Assembly: GCA_036655915.1 (NCBI GenBank)
Contig: JAVVPE010000002.1
Span: 362-64,361 of the forward strand
Direction: 5' to 3'
DNA length: 64,000 bases
Source: Raoultibacter sp.
GTDB taxonomy: Bacteria; Actinomycetota; Coriobacteriia; Coriobacteriales; Eggerthellaceae
The notes beneath the pieces were generated by a model. The model saw only the letters and a program-made list of their open reading frames with translations. It had not been told where the DNA came from and searched no databases. A program made the position numbers and the translations under genes. Shown here in pieces: positions 9,922 to 18,244 of the stretch. The stretch's first letter is position 1. Each line of letters starts with the position of its first letter.

Positions 9922-10725
9922 ATGAAAAAGGCACTGGTTTTTTTCGTTTCAATGATGATGCTTGTTGGCGTGATGGCAGGCTGTTCTGCGCCACAGCCAG
10001 AAGCAAAGCCCGCTGAACAGGCACCGGCTACCGAGCAGAAAGCGGCGATAAACCTCGAGGGGCATACCCTGCAGATTTACTGCGGTGCCGGCATGACGAA
10101 GCCGTTTCAGGAAATCGCCGATGCCTTCAAGGCTGAAACCTCTTGCGAAATGAACACCACATTCGCCAACGCGGGGCAAATCCAATCGCAGATCAACACA
10201 ACAAAGGAAGGCGACCTGTTTGTTGCCGGGGCAAAAGAGGAAACGCAAGCCATCGAAGGGGTGATCGCTTCGAGCACAGATTTAGTGAAACATATTCCGG
10301 TTTTGGTGGCGGGCAAAGATAATCCCAAAAACATTACTGGTTTGGCTGACTTGGCAAACGAAGGCGTGACGTTCATCATGGGGGATCCCGAGTCGACGCC
10401 CATCGGGAAAATCGCCAAGAAATCCTTGGGCGATTTGGGCATTTTCGGCAAAATCAATGTTATCGCCACGACGACCACTGCGCCGCAACTTGCAACGGCA
10501 ATCGGAGCGGGGGAGGCCGATGCCTCGATCGTCTGGAAGGAAAATAGCAAGGCCGATGGCGTACAAATCGTTCAAACGACCGATTTGGATAAGTATGTGA
10601 AAACCATTCCCGCTGTATCTCTGACGTGTTCGAAGGACGCTGAAGCTTTGACTGCGTTCAGCGAATACCTCGGATCCGATGCAGCGCATGCTATTTGGGA
10701 AAAATATGGTTACGAAGTTCTCTAA
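9922..10725 (+). CDS. modA: Molybdate/tungstate ABC transporter substrate-binding lipoprotein
   Basis: Start moved to ATG 9922 (GGGGAG upstream). Lipoprotein signal MKKALVFFVSMMMLVGVMAGCS. ModA-like periplasmic binding fold (YCGAGMTKPFQEIADAF). Confidence 0.85.
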   Translation: MKKALVFFVSMMMLVGVMAGCSAPQPEAKPAEQAPATEQKAAINLEGHTLQIYCGAGMTKPFQEIADAFKAETSCEMNTTFANAGQIQSQINTTKEGDLFVAGAKEETQAIEGVIASSTDLVKHIPVLVAGKDNPKNITGLADLANEGVTFIMGDPESTPIGKIAKKSLGDLGIFGKINVIATTTTAPQLATAIGAGEADASIVWKENSKADGVQIVQTTDLDKYVKTIPAVSLTCSKDAEALTAFSEYLGSDAAHAIWEKYGYEVL

Positions 10726-11550
10726 ATGAGGGAATGTCCTTCTCAAAAGTTCGACTTCTTTTCTTGTTTCACGATTGCAATAGCGCTGCTGGTGACCTTG
10801 TTCATTGGTGGCGCTATCTGCGCAATCGTCATCGGTGGCGCGCCCAGTTTCGGTGAAGCGATTCAGTCGGAAGAAGTACATTTTGCACTCGGTTTAAGTT
10901 TGAGAACCGCCACGATTTCTTCCCTGCTCTGTTTTGCCCTGGCGATTCCCACCGCATTCGCTCTGACAAAAACGAATATGCCTTGCAAGCGGGTTGCGCA
11001 CATCTTGCTTGAGTTGACGCTTTCTTTACCCTACATTTTGCTTGGCTTGGCATTGCTCATTGTTTTTTCTTCGCCGTTTGGGGATGCGTTAAAGGCGATT
11101 GGTATCAAGTTTGTTTTTAGTCCTGCGGGCATCGTGGCTGCTCAGTTGATTGTCAATTTACCGTTTGCGATTCGGTTGTGTCGCACCGCTTTTGCCGGCG
11201 TGGATGGTCGTTTGGAATTTATCTCAAAATCTTTGGGGGCCTCAACGTTTACCGCATTTCGTACCGTTACCTTGCCCCTTGCAAAAAATTCGCTGATTAG
11301 CACGTTTATTCTTACCTGGTCGCGCGCAATCGGGGAGTTTGGTGCGACGCTCATGTTGGTAGGTATAACGCGTATGAAAACCGAAACGCTGCCGGGAAGT
11401 ATTTATCTCAATATTTCAACGGGAAACAACGATATGGCTATGGCGACAGCGATTATTATGCTGGTGGTTTCGGGCGTGGCGCTGCTGATTGCCAACGTGC
11501 TAAGTGCCCCGAAGCCAATCGATCGCTTCAGTACCGAGGAGGTTCGATGA
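10726..11550 (+). CDS. modB: Molybdate ABC transporter permease
   Basis: 274 aa, polytopic, with the EAA-type loop region (SLGAS...TFRTVTLPLA) of ABC permeases. Abuts modA and overlaps modC. Confidence 0.85.
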   Translation: MRECPSQKFDFFSCFTIAIALLVTLFIGGAICAIVIGGAPSFGEAIQSEEVHFALGLSLRTATISSLLCFALAIPTAFALTKTNMPCKRVAHILLELTLSLPYILLGLALLIVFSSPFGDALKAIGIKFVFSPAGIVAAQLIVNLPFAIRLCRTAFAGVDGRLEFISKSLGASTFTAFRTVTLPLAKNSLISTFILTWSRAIGEFGATLMLVGITRMKTETLPGSIYLNISTGNNDMAMATAIIMLVVSGVALLIANVLSAPKPIDRFSTEEVR

Positions 11551-12287
11551 ACGCGCTTGATGTGCGGAAACTTTCGTTACGGCGGGGATCGTTTACCCTG
11601 CACAACGTTTCTTTTTCCGTTTCGGAAGGAGAAATTTTTTGCCTGCTGGGCCAGACGGGCGCCGGGAAAACGATTTTATTGGAAGCGCTCGCGGGTGCTT
11701 ACAAAGTGAAGCCAGGCCAGATTCGGTTTTTTGGACAAGAGACTTGTGGGCTGAGCATTCAGGGGCGTCAGACCAGCTTCGTGTATCAGGATTACGGCCT
11801 CTTTCCCCATCTGAGTGTTTACGACAATATCGCTTACGGCCTTAAGCGCCATAAAGTGCCCCGGGCAGTGATTGCGCAAAAGGTTGCCGACATCATGGGG
11901 CTGCTTGCCATCGCGCATATTGCCAATCAGTATCCGCAAACAATCAGCGGGGGAGAACGGCAGCGTACGGCGCTTGCCCGGGCGTTTGTTTTGGAGCCGC
12001 AGCTGCTGTTGCTTGACGAACCGTTCTCGGCGCTCGACCCTTCCACCAAGGCGAAAATGTACGAAGAGGTCAAGCGCCTTCATGCGGCGTTTGGGTGTAC
12101 CATCGTTTTCGTGACCCACGATTTTGCGGAAGCGCAGCAGCTGGCCAATCGTATTGGCATCATGCTCAAGGGCGAATTACGCGAAGTGGTGCAAGCTTCC
12201 GCATTGATGGAAAAAACGTACGACACCGACGTCGCCGCCTTTCTGGGGCAGAGCTTGCCCGTGCCCGCCGAGGCATCGGCATGTTGA
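11547..12287 (+). CDS. modC: Molybdate ABC transporter ATP-binding protein
   Basis: Walker A GQTGAGKT, signature ISGGERQR, Walker B LLLLDEP. 4-nt overlap with modB. Confidence 0.88.
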   Translation: MNALDVRKLSLRRGSFTLHNVSFSVSEGEIFCLLGQTGAGKTILLEALAGAYKVKPGQIRFFGQETCGLSIQGRQTSFVYQDYGLFPHLSVYDNIAYGLKRHKVPRAVIAQKVADIMGLLAIAHIANQYPQTISGGERQRTALARAFVLEPQLLLLDEPFSALDPSTKAKMYEEVKRLHAAFGCTIVFVTHDFAEAQQLANRIGIMLKGELREVVQASALMEKTYDTDVAAFLGQSLPVPAEASAC

Positions 12288-12329
12288 GGCATAAAGATGC
12301 TTGCACTGAGGGTCGCCGGGCTTGGGTGT

Positions 12330-12980
12330 TTACGCGAAGAGCAGCTCGGGCAGCGCAATATCATGGTTTTCGCAGGGGATGTGGTCAACCTCTTGTTCGG
12401 TGAAGGCCACACCGATAATGCGGGTGCCCGGTGCTAGGCGCGGCAAAAACCGATCGTAATTGCCGCCGCCATAGCCCAAGCGCCCGCCGTGCGCATCGAA
12501 GGCCACCAAGGGCACCACCACAGCGCCAATGCGGGTAGGATCCACAACCGCAAACGGCTCAAGCGCAGGCGCATCGGGGGCGAAAGATTGCAGTGGGTGG
12601 GCAACAAACGCCGCTTGGCCGCCCGTGTAATCTTGCGGTGAAACTACGCGAAATTCCATACGGGCGGGGGATGGGCGCGCGTCGTGCGTGGGCGACGCGC
12701 TGTCCGCTTCCCAATTTGCCCCGTTTTCCATACGGGCGGAGGCTGTGCGCACCATGCAGGGGAAGCACAGCTGCACACCCTTACGGTAGGTGGCGGTAAT
12801 GAAAAGGTCCAGTGAAAGCTCGCCTTCCATCGCCGCGTACACAGCAATCAGGCCTGGCAAAGGAACGAGGGTAGATTCCAGTTGCTGGCATACCTTTTGG
12901 CTCTTCTGCCTGCGCAGAGACGCCTCAATATATCTGCGTTGCATTAAAATATATGTACGTATGTCCGATTTAGTTTTCAT
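12330..12980 (-). CDS. 5-formyltetrahydrofolate cyclo-ligase
   Basis: 216 aa with the C-terminal family signature GRLGYGGGNYDRFL. Contains a roughly 35-aa insertion (ENGANWEADSASPTHDARPSPARMEF). Confidence 0.85.
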   Translation of the reverse strand: MKTKSDIRTYILMQRRYIEASLRRQKSQKVCQQLESTLVPLPGLIAVYAAMEGELSLDLFITATYRKGVQLCFPCMVRTASARMENGANWEADSASPTHDARPSPARMEFRVVSPQDYTGGQAAFVAHPLQSFAPDAPALEPFAVVDPTRIGAVVVPLVAFDAHGGRLGYGGGNYDRFLPRLAPGTRIIGVAFTEQEVDHIPCENHDIALPELLFA

Positions 12981-13132
12981 GTTATTATTATCACACAGAG
13001 GCGTCGCTGCCCTCTCTGTTTTCCTTGTTTGCTTTACACCCTTCAGGGGTGTTTTACTTGAAATAAAACCGTAGTTGTGTGCTAGACTATGTTTTCAGGA
13101 TCGAGCTCCGCGATTAAAGGAAGAATGCCACT

Positions 13133-13597
13133 ATGCAACTAAGAGCGACAACGGATTATGCTATTCGTGCAATTTTATTCCTTACTGAAGAGGCCCGTGT
13201 TTGTTCTTCCCGCGAAATAGCCGAGGCCATGAAAATCCCCCGCGACTATTTTATCCGTCTGACAAAAGAACTGCGCGATGCTAAGCTTATCAACGCGCAT
13301 CCAGGGCGCTATGGCGGCTATAGTTTGGCGCAGCATCCTTCAAAAATTACCCTGTTCGATATTGTGTCGGCCATGGAAGATATGACAAACATCAGCGGTT
13401 CGCTGGGCAAGGAAGATCCCTGCGTTCATGGCGAAGAACACAAATGCCCCCTGCATCTTTCGTACAAGCTTATTCGAGAGGGTTTTGAAGACTCGCTGCG
13501 CAGTATTACCGTAGAAAAACTCCTGGGCGAATCTGATAGCCTAAAAGAAGCCTGCGGTGGCTTGCTGCAACCCAACGAACAACAAGAACTAGCCTAG
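13133..13597 (+). CDS. Rrf2 family transcriptional regulator
   Basis: N-terminal wHTH MQLRATTDYAIRAILFLTEE...SSREIAE. Cys/His-containing segment CVHGEEHKCPLH. Confidence 0.85.
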   Translation: MQLRATTDYAIRAILFLTEEARVCSSREIAEAMKIPRDYFIRLTKELRDAKLINAHPGRYGGYSLAQHPSKITLFDIVSAMEDMTNISGSLGKEDPCVHGEEHKCPLHLSYKLIREGFEDSLRSITVEKLLGESDSLKEACGGLLQPNEQQELA

Positions 13598-13678
13598 CCT
13601 TTCACGCTTTTTGTGATAAAATATCTCAAAAGTGGTAGTGCATTCCATATTTGAGAAGTTTTGAGATTCGAGGCAAGC

Positions 13679-14950
13679 ATGTATGTCACACGCGCTCTTG
13701 AGCCTTTAGTGAAAAGGTATGCGGAAAACTTTAAGGTTGTCGTGGTGACCGGGCCGCGGCAGGTGGGTAAAACAACCATGCTTAAGCACCTTATGGATGA
13801 AGAGGCCCAGCGAGGCATTAGGCGCATCTATGTAACACTTGACGACACCGCTGTGCTGCAAACAGCCAAAGATGACCCGGCCCTTTTTTTGCAACGCTAT
13901 CACCCTCCCGTCCTGATTGATGAAATACAAAAAGCCCCCGAGCTTCTTTCCGCCATCAAGATGATTGTTGATGCAGACGACGCTTGCGGCTCCGTTTGGC
14001 TTACGGGATCTCAGCCGTTTCACCTGATGAAGCAGGTATCTGAATCGCTAGCGGGACGGGTGGGCGTCATAGAGTTGTTGGGGCTTTCCGCCGCAGAGAT
14101 AGCGGGCGTATCCTCCGAGCCATACTGTCCAAGTGCTGATTACTTCATACGGCGTGTTGCCCAAGCCAAGCCGCTTGGCGTATCCGAGGTCTATGCACAT
14201 ATGCTGGCGGGCTCGTTTCCCGGAATTCGCGCGCTATCTGCCGATGTGCGGGCGGGTGCTTATGAATCGTATTTGGGCACCTATATTCTGCGTGATATTC
14301 GCGATTTGGCGCAAGTGGGCGATGAACTCAAATTCAGGCGGTTTATGGCAGCGTGCGCGGCTCTTACTTCCAAGCCGGTGGTCTATGCCGAATTGGCACG
14401 GCTGGCTGATATCGATCAAAAGACGGCGAAAACGTGGCTTTCGTTGCTGGTCAGTTCTTATGTGGTCAAGCTGGTCGAGCCCTACGCAAACAACCTGCTC
14501 AAACGCCTAAGCAAGCAGCCAATTATGCACTTTTTGGACACTGGTTTGGCCGCCTATCTTGCGGGTTGGAGCAGTGCCGAAACCTTGGAATTAGGGGCAA
14601 TGAGCGGTCAGATTTTTGAAACATTTGCTTTTACTGAAATTTATAAAAGCTTCCGCAACGCAGGCCAGCGCGCTCCGCTTTATTTTTTTAGAACTAACGA
14701 TAAAAAAGAAATCGATATGCTTATGGAACAAGATGGGACGCTTTATCCCATCGAAGTGAAAAAAAGCGCTTCACCAGGCAAAAAAGACACGCGCAATCTA
14801 GGTGCCCTTGATCCCGTGACCGCCGCAGATGTGCCACTGGATTTAACGACCTTCAAGCGCGCAATCGGCACGGGATGCATTCTGTGTTTGGCCGCCGACA
14901 CCTTCCCCATAAACTCTCGCGCCTGGGCCTTTCCCGTATGGGCGGTGTAG
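13679..14950 (+). CDS. AAA+ ATPase of the COG1373 / DUF4143 type
   Basis: Walker A GPRQVGKTT, Walker B LIDEIQ, C-terminal EIDMLME...PIEVKKS nuclease-like tail. ATG 13679 is preferred over the TTG at 13661 used by the ORF track. Confidence 0.8.
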   Translation: MYVTRALEPLVKRYAENFKVVVVTGPRQVGKTTMLKHLMDEEAQRGIRRIYVTLDDTAVLQTAKDDPALFLQRYHPPVLIDEIQKAPELLSAIKMIVDADDACGSVWLTGSQPFHLMKQVSESLAGRVGVIELLGLSAAEIAGVSSEPYCPSADYFIRRVAQAKPLGVSEVYAHMLAGSFPGIRALSADVRAGAYESYLGTYILRDIRDLAQVGDELKFRRFMAACAALTSKPVVYAELARLADIDQKTAKTWLSLLVSSYVVKLVEPYANNLLKRLSKQPIMHFLDTGLAAYLAGWSSAETLELGAMSGQIFETFAFTEIYKSFRNAGQRAPLYFFRTNDKKEIDMLMEQDGTLYPIEVKKSASPGKKDTRNLGALDPVTAADVPLDLTTFKRAIGTGCILCLAADTFPINSRAWAFPVWAV

Positions 14951-15015
14951 AAGCCGAAGGCAGTTGAGAGATGGAGTTTGCCGGCACCCTACGCCGCTGA
15001 TTTTGGCGCAAAAAC

Positions 15016-15038
15016 AGCCCGGGAAGGGCTTTTTGTTG
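15016..15038 (+). terminator. Weak rho-independent terminator after the ATPase gene
   Basis: AGCCC-GGGAA-GGGCT hairpin followed by TTTTTG. Confidence 0.45.
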
Positions 15039-15198
15039 TCGTTCATGTCGCTGGATTTGCTGTTCATGACAAATTGCAGACTTTTTCCGCGTAAGGTTCT
15101 AAGGTGTAGCCAGCAAGAAAACGCAGCATCTGTACCGTCTGAAACCCCGTTGCTGCACGCACGCACGCCCGCAGCGACCGACACAAAGGAGTATTACC

Positions 15199-15354
15199 AT
15201 GTGCATTATTGATTATTTGCTTATCGCCGCCATCGTCGTTTCCGCCCTTGCCTTCGGCATCACGCTTCTGTATTTGCGCAACAAGGCAAACAACGCCGAT
15301 GGTGCCACGCTTACCATCACGGGTGGTTCAGGGCTGAACACCAAAAACGACTAG
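15199..15354 (+). CDS. Unannotated 51-aa small membrane peptide; candidate precursor/signal peptide of the downstream cassette
   Basis: My own translation: MCIIDYLLIAAIVVSALAFGITLLYLRNKANNADGATLTITGGSGLNTKND. AAGGAG at 15186-15191 with a 7-nt spacer. Codon usage resembles the neighbouring genes. Too short for the ORF track. Confidence 0.55.
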   Translation: MCIIDYLLIAAIVVSALAFGITLLYLRNKANNADGATLTITGGSGLNTKND

Positions 15355-15382
15355 AGTTAGCAGCTTTTACTGCATAGCGCAA

Positions 15383-15428
15383 GAAAAGTGTGTCATACCA
15401 GCAAACCCGCTGGTCGAAAGTGTCATCC
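15383..15428 (+). promoter_or_regulatory. Imperfect direct repeat upstream of the LytTR regulator gene (candidate LytTR boxes)
   Basis: AAAGTGTGTCATACC (15385-15399) and AAAGTGTCATCC (15417-15428), about 32 bp apart, 90-130 bp upstream of the regulator start. Confidence 0.25.
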
Positions 15429-15516
15429 TTTGCTAACATAGACCCCGAACATATAAAGGTTCTTTGCTTTGCGCTGCTGCGCAATAAGGTGCAAAGAAAG
15501 AAGAGGGGTGGCAACG

Positions 15517-16245
15517 GTGATACGGCTTTGTTTGTGTGATGATGATCCACAGTTTCTTGCCGCTTGCAGAAAAAAGGCAGACAGTTTAGTTGCTCGCAAT
15601 AACTTAGAGGTGGAAACCAAAGAGTTTGAAAGTGGCGAAAGCCTGCTGTTCTTTCTGGACGAAAACGTTTCCTACTTCGATTTCATCATGATAGATATGT
15701 TGATGGGCGAACACAATGGCATCGAAACCGTGCAGATACTGCGCGATCATGGCTATGAGGGTATCGTTGTATTCCTTACTTCAAGCAAGGAATACGCTCT
15801 GGAATCCTTTAGTGTGGCACCCTTCAATTACGTGTTGAAACAAGATATGGCAACCGATGCCTTCGACAAGATATTTTTGGATGCCATCGAAGCGGTGAAG
15901 AAGGCCGAAGAACAAAAACTGGTCATTTCAACGCGGCGTTCTTCGATTGTGATGAACCTTGATGACATTATTTATATTGAAAGCAATCTGCGCAAATTGA
16001 TTTTCCACACGGTTAAAGGGAACCAAGATGCGCAATACGCCTTAGATGACGTGTTTGCCAAAACGAGAGAGCATGGTTTTTTGCGCTGCCACAAATCTTT
16101 TGTGGTCAACAGCCGCTTTGTAAAATCATGTTGCAGAACGGAGGTTGTTTTGACCACGGCTGAAACTATCCCCCTGGGTCGCACTTACGCGGATGATTTT
16201 GAGCATGGTTTGCTCAAATGTCTTCGTGAGAAGATAACGTTGTAG
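15517..16245 (+). CDS. LytTR/AlgR family response regulator
   Basis: Receiver domain (VIRLCLCDDDPQF..., DFIMIDMLM) plus C-terminal LytTR domain (IIYIESNLRKLIFHT...FLRCHKSFVVN). GTG 15517 (purine-rich AGAGGGGTGG upstream) is preferred; ATG 15469 is the alternative. Confidence 0.88.
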   Translation: MIRLCLCDDDPQFLAACRKKADSLVARNNLEVETKEFESGESLLFFLDENVSYFDFIMIDMLMGEHNGIETVQILRDHGYEGIVVFLTSSKEYALESFSVAPFNYVLKQDMATDAFDKIFLDAIEAVKKAEEQKLVISTRRSSIVMNLDDIIYIESNLRKLIFHTVKGNQDAQYALDDVFAKTREHGFLRCHKSFVVNSRFVKSCCRTEVVLTTAETIPLGRTYADDFEHGLLKCLREKITL

Positions 16246-16256
16246 GGAAGAAACCT

Positions 16257-17603
16257 ATGGAACTCGAATTCGTTTGCGTGGCGATGATGACGGTTTATAA
16301 CTGTCTTGTTATGGATTATTGCTCCAAAATTTTGGAGACGCGCCTTCCTAAGATTATCGTTTTTGCGCTGCTGCCTTTGTTGGCGGCTTTGCTATTTTTG
16401 GTGCCGATTGCCCTGGATGTGCTCATTCCCCTTATCTATGCGCTGGAATTTGCGGTCACCTTCCTGGTTATCCGCATAAGCTTTTATGGCAGATTCATCC
16501 ATATGTTTTGGGCGGCACTCAACTTTACCTTTCACACCCTTGTTATCAGGGGCATCGTGCTTGCCATTGCTTCATTGGCGGCTAACTTAAACATGTACCG
16601 CGTGATTGAAGATGGCCTGCTCAACATGCTTACACTGATCGCGACATTTTTTGTGCTGTGCCTTTTCTTGGTGGTGTTCAATGCGAAGGTTGATGTTCCC
16701 AAAGTAAAAATTCTCTTAAGCAACCCAGGGCAGCTAAAGTTTGTCTACATGCTGCAGCTGGTTATGCTTGGGTTTTTGCTGTTTTGCACCTATGCCTACT
16801 ATTACAACCTCGATCTTGTTTGGTTTACCATCTTTCACTTGCTTACCTGCGTGTTTGTGCTTATCGGGTACTACATCGCGTTTGGCATGGCGGTGCGCAC
16901 GGCGGTGTGGGTTGAAGATGAACTGAACTACCAAATTGTCGAAGCGCAGATGCAGCGCCAAATTCGTGGGTATGAAGAACAAAAAAAGCTCTACGATTTG
17001 ATGCGCCAATACAAGCACGATTTCAAAAGAATCCTTAACACCGCAAACGGCCTTTTGGCGACGGGCAACGTTGAGGAAGCCCAGGAACTTTTGGGCGAAA
17101 CGGTTACCTATGCCGATGTTAACCTGGCGCCGCGGCCAGAATACTCCAACATTCTAATCGTTGATATTGTTTTGGACGAACTGGCGGATAACTGCGATAA
17201 AAACGACATCGAACTAAGCGCTCAGTGCTTCATTTCAGAAGATGTAACCCTAACTTCGTTGCAGCTGTGCCGCATGTTCAACAATTTGGCGGCCAACGCA
17301 CTGGAGGCCTGCCAACGGCAAGCTGAGGGCAGCAAGCGTTGGATTGACATTAAAGGCCGCCTGCAAAAGGACAAATCCGTTATCGTAATGCGCAATTCCT
17401 TCGATGGAAAAGTGGTTATGGCCGGCGAAAACGAACTGGCTACCCGCAAAACAAACAAGGAATACCACGGTCTTGGCGTGCGCAATATCAAGGCCATCGT
17501 TGAAAAGAATCAGGGATTTTCCGAAATCACCATTTCCAAAAATCCCAACGTGTTTGAATTCTTCATCGCGTTGCCCCTGCAAGAAAAGCAAGGCGAGGAA
17601 TAA
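16257..17603 (+). CDS. Polytopic sensor histidine kinase, AgrC/ComD-like (peptide-sensing HPK10 type, GHKL ATPase)
   Basis: About 6-7 N-terminal TM helices. H-box QYKHDFKRILN, N-box FNNLAANALEA, G-boxes RNSFDG and HGLGVRNIK. Confidence 0.85.
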   Translation: MELEFVCVAMMTVYNCLVMDYCSKILETRLPKIIVFALLPLLAALLFLVPIALDVLIPLIYALEFAVTFLVIRISFYGRFIHMFWAALNFTFHTLVIRGIVLAIASLAANLNMYRVIEDGLLNMLTLIATFFVLCLFLVVFNAKVDVPKVKILLSNPGQLKFVYMLQLVMLGFLLFCTYAYYYNLDLVWFTIFHLLTCVFVLIGYYIAFGMAVRTAVWVEDELNYQIVEAQMQRQIRGYEEQKKLYDLMRQYKHDFKRILNTANGLLATGNVEEAQELLGETVTYADVNLAPRPEYSNILIVDIVLDELADNCDKNDIELSAQCFISEDVTLTSLQLCRMFNNLAANALEACQRQAEGSKRWIDIKGRLQKDKSVIVMRNSFDGKVVMAGENELATRKTNKEYHGLGVRNIKAIVEKNQGFSEITISKNPNVFEFFIALPLQEKQGEE

Positions 17604-18223
17604 TGAAGTGGGGGGTGGCAGGAGTACTCGTATTCTTTGCCATTAACGCCGTGCTCCTTTTTTTCAGCGTTATCAACCCTGTAACGTTTACTCAGCTTGC
17701 TCAAGATCCCGCAGCTACCATGGCAAAATATCAGGATGTTTGGAATGACACGACGGTGCACGAAGCCCCCGTCAGGGAAAAGATATATGCTGTGGGCGAT
17801 GTGGTGGGCACCGTCACAATCCCCAAGCTTGAAATTTATGAGATGCCCATTTACTACGGCACGACCGACGAAAACAAAAACTGGCAAATAACAACGCCGG
17901 GCTATGCGGGCAACTGGCAGCTGTTTGGGGAAAAGGGGATGGCGGCGCTGGGTGCCCACAACTACCAACTTTTCAGCAAGTTGGAAAAGTTGGGTGTGGG
18001 GGAAAAAGTTATCGTGGAAACCATCGATGACATCTACGTTTATGTGGTGCAGGAAGCGGGCGTCTACGATCACACCAAGCAGGATTGGGCCGATGCTGTC
18101 TATACGGGCAAGGAACCCTACTCAATCGACCTGCTTACCTGCTATCCCGCAGACGTGCTTGACACGCAAGACCGCTACGTTGTGTATGCCACCATGCAAA
18201 AAGGCACCATTTTTGTGAACTAG
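17603..18223 (+). CDS. Sortase family transpeptidase (class not assignable by eye)
   Basis: N-terminal TM anchor. Sortase pattern VGTVTIPKLEIYEMPIYYGT. Catalytic His (LGAHN), Cys in DLLTCYP (TLxTC-like), Arg in DRYVVYA. Its ATG overlaps the kinase stop (TAATG). Confidence 0.8.
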   Translation: MKWGVAGVLVFFAINAVLLFFSVINPVTFTQLAQDPAATMAKYQDVWNDTTVHEAPVREKIYAVGDVVGTVTIPKLEIYEMPIYYGTTDENKNWQITTPGYAGNWQLFGEKGMAALGAHNYQLFSKLEKLGVGEKVIVETIDDIYVYVVQEAGVYDHTKQDWADAVYTGKEPYSIDLLTCYPADVLDTQDRYVVYATMQKGTIFVN

Positions 18224-18244
18224 GGCAGCGCTTGGTCCTCTTCC

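Noticed and set aside
15092-15106. AAGGTTCTAAGGTGT upstream of the small peptide ORF, sharing TTCTAAGGT with the island 19-bp motif
   Set aside because: A 9-mer match is expected by chance about once in a window this size counting both strands. The flanking bases do not match the motif.
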